Of a stretch of 5,719 bases of DNA, positions 1 to 5,719 are shown in pieces. The DNA is from Opitutales bacterium (GTDB taxonomy: Bacteria > Verrucomicrobiota > Verrucomicrobiia > Opitutales > UBA9783), in contig JBKSMP010000009.1 of assembly GCA_046881885.1 (NCBI GenBank), positions 1 to 5,719 on the forward strand, given 5' to 3'. The position numbers were made by a program, and so were the translations under genes. The notes beneath the pieces were generated by a model. The model was given only the letters and a program-made list of their open reading frames with translations. It had not been told where the DNA came from and searched no databases. Each line of letters starts with the position of its first letter. Position 1 is the first letter of the stretch.

Positions 1-2
1 AA

Positions 3-170
3 AATGTCATACACTTGTCCGGATATGTAAATATAAAAAATAAACCCGAGGAACTTTCCAATGAAGAATGGAATCAAGTACTAATTTTAAAACAAAAGGT
101 TAAAGAAATTATTAAGAAAATTCAGTCTGAAAGTATAGAAGTGCCAGCAATTAACCCGGTATCAGATTAG
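3..170 (+). CDS. 3' end of an unidentified plus-strand CDS, truncated by the left window edge (…NVIHLSGYVNIKNKPEELSNEEWNQVLILKQKVKEIIKKIQSESIEVPAINPVSD*)
   Basis: Frame 3 is open from position 3 to the TAG at 168-170 (56 codons), while the other two plus frames hit stops within the first ~45 nt. This is an AT-rich context where stops are frequent. The composition is Glu/Lys-rich and looks coding. No family was recognised, and the ORF is too short to appear in the supplied track. Confidence 0.4.
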   Translation, partial: NVIHLSGYVNIKNKPEELSNEEWNQVLILKQKVKEIIKKIQSESIEVPAINPVSD

Positions 171-226
171 ATGAAGCTTTTGTAAGTATTTTGGAAAGAA
201 ATGAAAAATTTTTTGTCAATGTTTGT

Positions 227-2435
<2,209 letters not shown>

Positions 2436-2474
2436 TTAGAAATCAGTTGAATGGTTTTATTTCTCTTTTTGAAA

Positions 2475-2502
2475 ATACTACTTATATAAACGAAGAAATC
2501 AA
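2475..2502 (-). promoter_or_regulatory. Candidate sigma70-type promoter for ligA
   Basis: The minus strand reads TTGATT (2502-2497), a 16-nt spacer, then TAGTAT (2480-2475), about 40 nt upstream of the ligA ATG. There is no clear SD in front of the ligA start. Hexamer matches in AT-rich DNA are weak evidence. Confidence 0.3.
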
Positions 2503-2798
2503 CACGGCACTTTTATATCCTGCTCTTGCCTTCTCCTCCGAACTCTATGGGTTGCACTTCAAACTTGATTCTACACTTATTTACCTTAAATATTTGCCTC
2601 CCCAATAAATATATCGCATATGTCCGATAATAAGCTAGCGATAGAAACAAATATTCTTTTAAATTCCTAAACCTCTACAACCAACCGGCTCTTATTTTTC
2701 GACGTTGTTTTACTCTCCATACGTGTTTTAGCTTGCTTGCCAACTTTTTAAGTTTTTTCGTACCTGGTTCCCCTGATTCGTCTTAAATATTTCCTTTA

Positions 2799-2843
2799 GA
2801 GTAGGGGTTGAGTATTTTCTTACTTTTACCCTACTCATTTTTT
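2799..2843 (+). terminator. Plus-oriented intrinsic-terminator-like hairpin in the tsf-ligA spacer
   Basis: GAGTAGGG (2799-2806) pairs perfectly with CCCTACTC (2829-2836). The 22-nt interior can form a further ~5-bp helix (GAGTA/TACTT). The hairpin is followed by A then T6 (2838-2843) on the plus strand. Read on the minus strand, it is preceded by A6 and followed by TAAAGGAAA, so it is not a canonical terminator for tsf. Confidence 0.5.
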
Positions 2844-2891
2844 ACTGATTTTATTTTTCAGAATTTTATAAGACATCTATCAAATAAAAAC

Positions 2892-3482
2892 TTATTCGCC
2901 TAATTGAAAGCGGACAAAACGTTTAATGACGATGTTTTCGCCCATCTTTGCAATTTTCGATGTCAAAAGTCCTTGAATGGTTAATTCTGGATTTTTAACG
3001 AAAGTTTGCTCTAGTAAGCAGGTTTCGCCGTACCATTTGTTCAATTTTCCTTCAACGATACGTGCAATAGCTGCTTCTGGTTTGCCTGTACATTGAGCTT
3101 TGGCAATTTCAACTTCTTTATCGATAACTTCTTGTGGAATATCTTCACGAGAAAGATAAAGGGGATTTGCTGCAGCGATATGCATGCAAATATCCGATAC
3201 CATTTGGCCGAATTCTTCATTGCGTGCAACAAAGTCTGTTTCGCAGTTGACTTCAATAAGAACGCCTAATTTTCCGCCCATATGGATATAGGATTGAACA
3301 AGACCTTCTTGAGCGCTACGACCAGCCTTTTTAGCAGCACTGGCAATACCTTTTTTCTTTAAAATAACAATCGCTTCCTCTTCAGCACCATTACTTTCGG
3401 CAAGCGCTTTTTTGCAGTCAATAAGACCTGCACCTGTTTTGCTACGTAAGGCAGCGACCATTTGAGCTGTAATTTCAACCAT
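2892..3482 (-). CDS. tsf: Translation elongation factor Ts, short form (196 aa)
   Basis: The N-terminal UBA-like motif ([24 protein letters not shown]) and the core motif ([17 protein letters not shown]) are canonical for EF-Ts. The ATG at 3482 lies 2 nt after the rpsB stop, with an SD (GAGGAA) inside the rpsB 3' end. The stop is TAA at 2892-2894. Confidence 0.95.
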   Translation of the reverse strand: MVEITAQMVAALRSKTGAGLIDCKKALAESNGAEEEAIVILKKKGIASAAKKAGRSAQEGLVQSYIHMGGKLGVLIEVNCETDFVARNEEFGQMVSDICMHIAAANPLYLSREDIPQEVIDKEVEIAKAQCTGKPEAAIARIVEGKLNKWYGETCLLEQTFVKNPELTIQGLLTSKIAKMGENIVIKRFVRFQLGE

Positions 3483-3484
3483 GA

Positions 3485-4384
3485 TTATGCTTCCTCTTTA
3501 ACGGTTTCTGTTGCAGTTTCTTCGACTTTTTCTGCTTTTTTGGCAGCGGGCTTTTTGTCGTCCTTTACTTTTTTAGTCGTAGAAGTACGAGGTTTGCGAG
3601 TTTTATCACTTGCAGCAGGACGCTTACGTGTCCAAGTCTTTTCCTTGCCTTCAGACATTACAGCAGCCGCAGGGATGTCTTTGTGACTTGATTTATTGAG
3701 TTTTCTGAGCTCAATACCTTGTTGAATAGCTTCCTGTAAGAATTCAAAAATAATACGCAAAGATTTGATGGAATCATCATTTGCAGGAATTGGAAAGTCC
3801 AAAACTGTAGGATCGGAATTTGTGTCGACGATACCAATAGTTGGGATTTGTAAACGACGTGCTTCACGAATCGCAATAGCTTCATGTGTTGCATCCACTA
3901 CAAACAAAATGTTTGGACGTTTTTCCAAATTGCGAATACCTTCAAAGCCGCGTTGCATACGAACCATTTCGCGACGAATAGCTGCACCTTCTTTCTTTGG
4001 CAACTTGTTGAGTTCGCCAGATTCTTCCATGTCCGAAAAACGTTTAAACTTAGCTAAGCTAGCTTTAACGGTTTCGAAATTAGTTAAGCAACCACCGAGC
4101 CATCGATTTGCACAAAAAGGCATATCTACGGCTTGACCTAACTCACGAACAAGTTCTTGAGCTTGAGGTTTTGTGCCTACCAAAAGGATATTTGCACCAT
4201 CTTTGATTTGCTCAATTAAGAATTGGCCTACTTTTTCTAAACATTCACGTGTACGCTCCAAATCAATAATGGAAATGCCATGAACATGCTTATATAAATA
4301 AGGACCAAATTTTGGATTCCAACGTTTTACTTGGTGGCCAAAATGCACACCAGACTCTATCATACTTTCGTAATCTAATTCCAT
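3485..4384 (-). CDS. rpsB: 30S ribosomal protein S2 with a ~70-aa Lys/Thr/Ala/Glu-rich C-terminal extension (299 aa)
   Basis: Canonical S2 motifs are present: [37 protein letters not shown] and [10 protein letters not shown]. The SD GGAGA (4395-4391) lies 6 nt before the ATG at 4384. The stop is TAA at 3485-3487. The conserved rpsB-tsf gene order also supports the call. Confidence 0.97.
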   Translation of the reverse strand: MELDYESMIESGVHFGHQVKRWNPKFGPYLYKHVHGISIIDLERTRECLEKVGQFLIEQIKDGANILLVGTKPQAQELVRELGQAVDMPFCANRWLGGCLTNFETVKASLAKFKRFSDMEESGELNKLPKKEGAAIRREMVRMQRGFEGIRNLEKRPNILFVVDATHEAIAIREARRLQIPTIGIVDTNSDPTVLDFPIPANDDSIKSLRIIFEFLQEAIQQGIELRKLNKSSHKDIPAAAVMSEGKEKTWTRKRPAASDKTRKPRTSTTKKVKDDKKPAAKKAEKVEETATETVKEEA

Positions 4385-4420
4385 AAAAAATCTCCGTATT
4401 CTTCTCGAATCTAGGATAAT

Positions 4421-4434
4421 GGGTTAAGGGTTAA
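4421..4434. repeat. Tandem heptamer GGGTTAA x2 (TTAACCC x2 on the rpsB strand) in the putative rpsB 5' leader
   Basis: A direct read of gggttaagggttaa at 4421-4434, located 37-50 nt upstream of the rpsB ATG. Confidence 0.5.
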
Positions 4435-4450
4435 TAAATTCAATTAAAAG

Positions 4451-4477
4451 TTGATACTATTTTTCAGAGAATTGCAA
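4451..4477 (-). promoter_or_regulatory. Candidate rpsB promoter
   Basis: The minus strand reads TTGCAA (4477-4472), a 15-nt spacer, then TATCAA (4456-4451). This would give a ~60-nt leader. The spacer is short and the -10 matches only 4/6, so confidence is low. Confidence 0.35.
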
Positions 4478-4501
4478 GAAAATCTTTAGAGTTTTTATAA
4501 A
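4472..4501 (+). promoter_or_regulatory. Candidate plus-strand promoter divergent from rpsB
   Basis: The plus strand reads TTGCAA (4472-4477), an 18-nt spacer, then TATAAA (4496-4501, 5/6 match to TATAAT). The predicted transcription start is around 4508. Confidence 0.35.
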
Positions 4502-4507
4502 CTTAAC

Positions 4508-4629
4508 CTTGAAGTGAGAGCAGTGGAGCAACTGATTGTGATTTAGGTTTGGACTTAAGGTTAGGTTTTTTGTAAATCGTCCCCATGCAAAACCCAAGAA
4601 GCCTTCCGGATGGAAGGCTTGGTTTTTTT
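4508..4629 (+). ncRNA. Candidate ~120-nt small RNA (unnamed), bounded by a promoter and an intrinsic terminator
   Basis: It is bounded upstream by the plus-strand promoter above and downstream by a strong Rho-independent terminator. Stem-loop 1 pairs 4505-4515 with 4553-4562 (10 bp plus one bulged G) and is followed by T6 (4566-4571). An unpaired C-rich linker follows (GTAAATCGTCCCCATGCAAAACCC, 4572-4595). The terminator stem-loop is at 4599-4620, followed by T7. There is no SD-preceded ORF. The boundaries are predictions only. Confidence 0.35.
4599..4629 (+). terminator. Strong Rho-independent terminator (plus-oriented, possibly weakly bidirectional)
   Basis: A perfect 9-bp stem AAGCCTTCC (4599-4607) / GGAAGGCTT (4612-4620) with a GGAT tetraloop. 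The stem can be extended by CC/GG across a 3-nt bulge. It is followed by GG then T7 (4623-4629). On the minus strand it sits 27-36 nt after the orphan ORF stop, but there it is followed only by CTTGGGTTTTG, an interrupted and short U-tract. Confidence 0.7.
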
Positions 4630-4656
4630 AGCTTAATTTTAAAAGGAAGTTGCAAA

Positions 4657-5703
4657 TTACTGCATTTGAAAAACAGTAACTTTTGGTGGATTTTCACCGC
4701 GCAAAAGCGCCATAAGCCTATTTCTCAATTTGATAAGCCTATCCCACTTTTCCTGAGGTACGATATTTGGCTTTGGGCAATTTAAACTTGCATTACTTAA
4801 TTCTGGATTAATAGCGATATATGCCAACAACTCTTCTTTAGCCATTTCTATTTTTTCAAGTTGTTCTGGCGTATAGTATTTTACAACCATTTTCCAGTCT
4901 CCCGGCAATTGACTAACATCAAAGTTTGGAGATACGTAAAAAACTTCTGGTTTTCCTATACCTGATGTTTCAATTTTCTTCAAACTAGGACAATACAAGT
5001 TAGAATGCTTACGAAGCCAAATTTCTGGACACTGTTCTAGAGACGGTGCATAAAAATCAAGAGACGTAAGATCTTTCTTGTCTTTAAATTTTATTAAATG
5101 TACTCCTACTGTTTTGCTAAAAACAAATAAATCTTTTTCGCAATCAACATACTCAAGCTTCGTAATGCGAGCAACCTTTGAATGCCCCATACAAAATATT
5201 GCAAAATTGGATGGCATAGCCGCAATACCACCCGCTTTATCAAGCTCAAAGGTGTATATATTTTTGTTTTTTAATACCTCAAAAGCTTGTTCAATTTTAT
5301 CAAAAATAGTAGAACGCAAAATGATTTTCTCAAAAATAACATTATCTGCAAGTGCTTCACTTACTTTACTAAAAAGGGAACTATAAGTATCACCAATAAC
5401 AATAGGCAAAAAACATTTACGTTTTTTTATGTCAACAAGGTGACGTACTTCTGGATCTACATCAAAATTAAGTTTTACCGTCCGAGTATCATAAACATAT
5501 TCACACTCCTCTTCGATATTTACTTTTTGACATTCAACAATAATTGGCATTTCAAGATTACCATCATTTTTATTTTTCAATCGAGCAACCCAATCTTCAA
5601 TCTCTGCTTTAGTTACTGGATAGGTGATAATGTATTGATACATCCCTGGCAGTATGTAATCATCTGGACCAAAGATTTGTTGGGTTTGAATTTGGGAGTA
5701 CAA
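4657..5703 (-). CDS. Hypothetical protein of no recognised family (at least 348 aa; N-terminus unresolved and may extend past the window edge)
   Basis: A long uninterrupted ORF in AT-rich DNA with protein-like composition. The stop is TAA at 4657-4659. The called start at 5703 is a TTG, and the same frame stays open (A-E-N-Y-K) up to position 5719 at the edge. The first in-frame ATG is at 5643 and has no well-spaced SD. No catalytic motif, signal peptide or TM segment was recognised. There are 8 Cys, three of them in CP dipeptides. Confidence 0.8.
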   Translation of the reverse strand: MYSQIQTQQIFGPDDYILPGMYQYIITYPVTKAEIEDWVARLKNKNDGNLEMPIIVECQKVNIEEECEYVYDTRTVKLNFDVDPEVRHLVDIKKRKCFLPIVIGDTYSSLFSKVSEALADNVIFEKIILRSTIFDKIEQAFEVLKNKNIYTFELDKAGGIAAMPSNFAIFCMGHSKVARITKLEYVDCEKDLFVFSKTVGVHLIKFKDKKDLTSLDFYAPSLEQCPEIWLRKHSNLYCPSLKKIETSGIGKPEVFYVSPNFDVSQLPGDWKMVVKYYTPEQLEKIEMAKEELLAYIAINPELSNASLNCPKPNIVPQEKWDRLIKLRNRLMALLRGENPPKVTVFQMQ

Positions 5704-5719
5704 TTTATAATTTTCCGCT

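Noticed and set aside
2764-2780. A GGTTC-containing stretch (cctggttcccctgattcg) that could hint at a tRNA T-arm
   Set aside because: No complementary T-stem, acceptor stem or anticodon arm can be built on either strand, so it is not a tRNA or tmRNA end.
2711-2803. Possible antiterminator pairing of TACTCT (2711-2716) with AGAGTA (2798-2803), competing with the 2799-2836 hairpin (riboswitch or attenuator idea)
   Set aside because: It is only 6 bp of AT-rich complementarity across ~80 nt. There is no recognisable aptamer or leader peptide, and this is well within chance expectation.
2728-2838. Minus-strand 36-aa, highly basic small ORF (MSRVKVRKYSTPTLKEIFKTNQGNQVRKNLKSWQAS) that superficially resembles a small ribosomal protein
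   Set aside because: There is no SD upstream (AGTAAAAA precedes the ATG), and its 5' end lies inside the 2799-2836 hairpin. It does not match L34, L36, L35 or L33. By rough estimate, a 37-codon open frame has about a 7% chance per frame start at this AT content, so it is not surprising in 459 bp.
3041-4136. ORFs 3041..3256(-), 3658..3894(-), 3462..3686(+) and 3765..4136(+), overlapping tsf and rpsB
   Set aside because: They are out-of-frame or antisense overlaps of two highly conserved genes. They have no independent signals and their sequences look low-complexity.
4503-4785. ORFs 4503..4697(-) and 4585..4785(+) in the rpsB-upstream spacer
   Set aside because: Both run straight through the stem-loops and T/A tracts and overlap the 3' end of the orphan ORF. 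Neither has an SD. An RNA-structure interpretation explains the region better.
5078-5386. Plus-strand 102-aa ORF antisense to the orphan gene
   Set aside because: It is a shadow ORF inside a much longer, better-supported minus-strand ORF, with no start-site signals.
4657-5703. The orphan ORF as a horizontally acquired island, based on lower GC
   Set aside because: Spot counts of 60-nt lines gave 23-40% GC inside the ORF versus 30-50% in ligA. The ranges overlap and I cannot compute a proper window statistic or codon-usage test. No flanking repeats, tRNA or integrase are visible.

Overview
Low-GC bacterial chromosomal window (upper-30s % GC by eye) that consists mostly of housekeeping genes. 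All complete genes are on the minus strand. Reading right to left: a lineage-specific orphan ORF (4657..5703, reading frame still open at the right edge); rpsB (S2 with a long Lys-rich C-terminal tail); tsf (short-form EF-Ts, 196 aa), 2 nt after rpsB; a 459-bp non-coding spacer; ligA (NAD-dependent DNA ligase); and a small DUF167/YggU-family gene overlapping the ligA stop by 14 nt. A 56-codon open frame on the plus strand at the far left (3..170) looks like the 3' end of a convergent gene. I see no CRISPR array, tRNA/rRNA, transposase, integrase, or recognisable defence or toxin module. The unexplained signals are: (i) a promoter-plus-terminator unit on the plus strand, divergent from rpsB, that looks like a ~120-nt sRNA gene; (ii) the 459-bp spacer between tsf and ligA, which ends in another plus-oriented terminator-like hairpin; and (iii) the orphan ORF upstream of rpsB. 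The S2 and EF-Ts features suggest a Chlamydiae/PVC-like organism, but this is only a weak impression. No complete novel multi-gene system can be demonstrated from this window alone.
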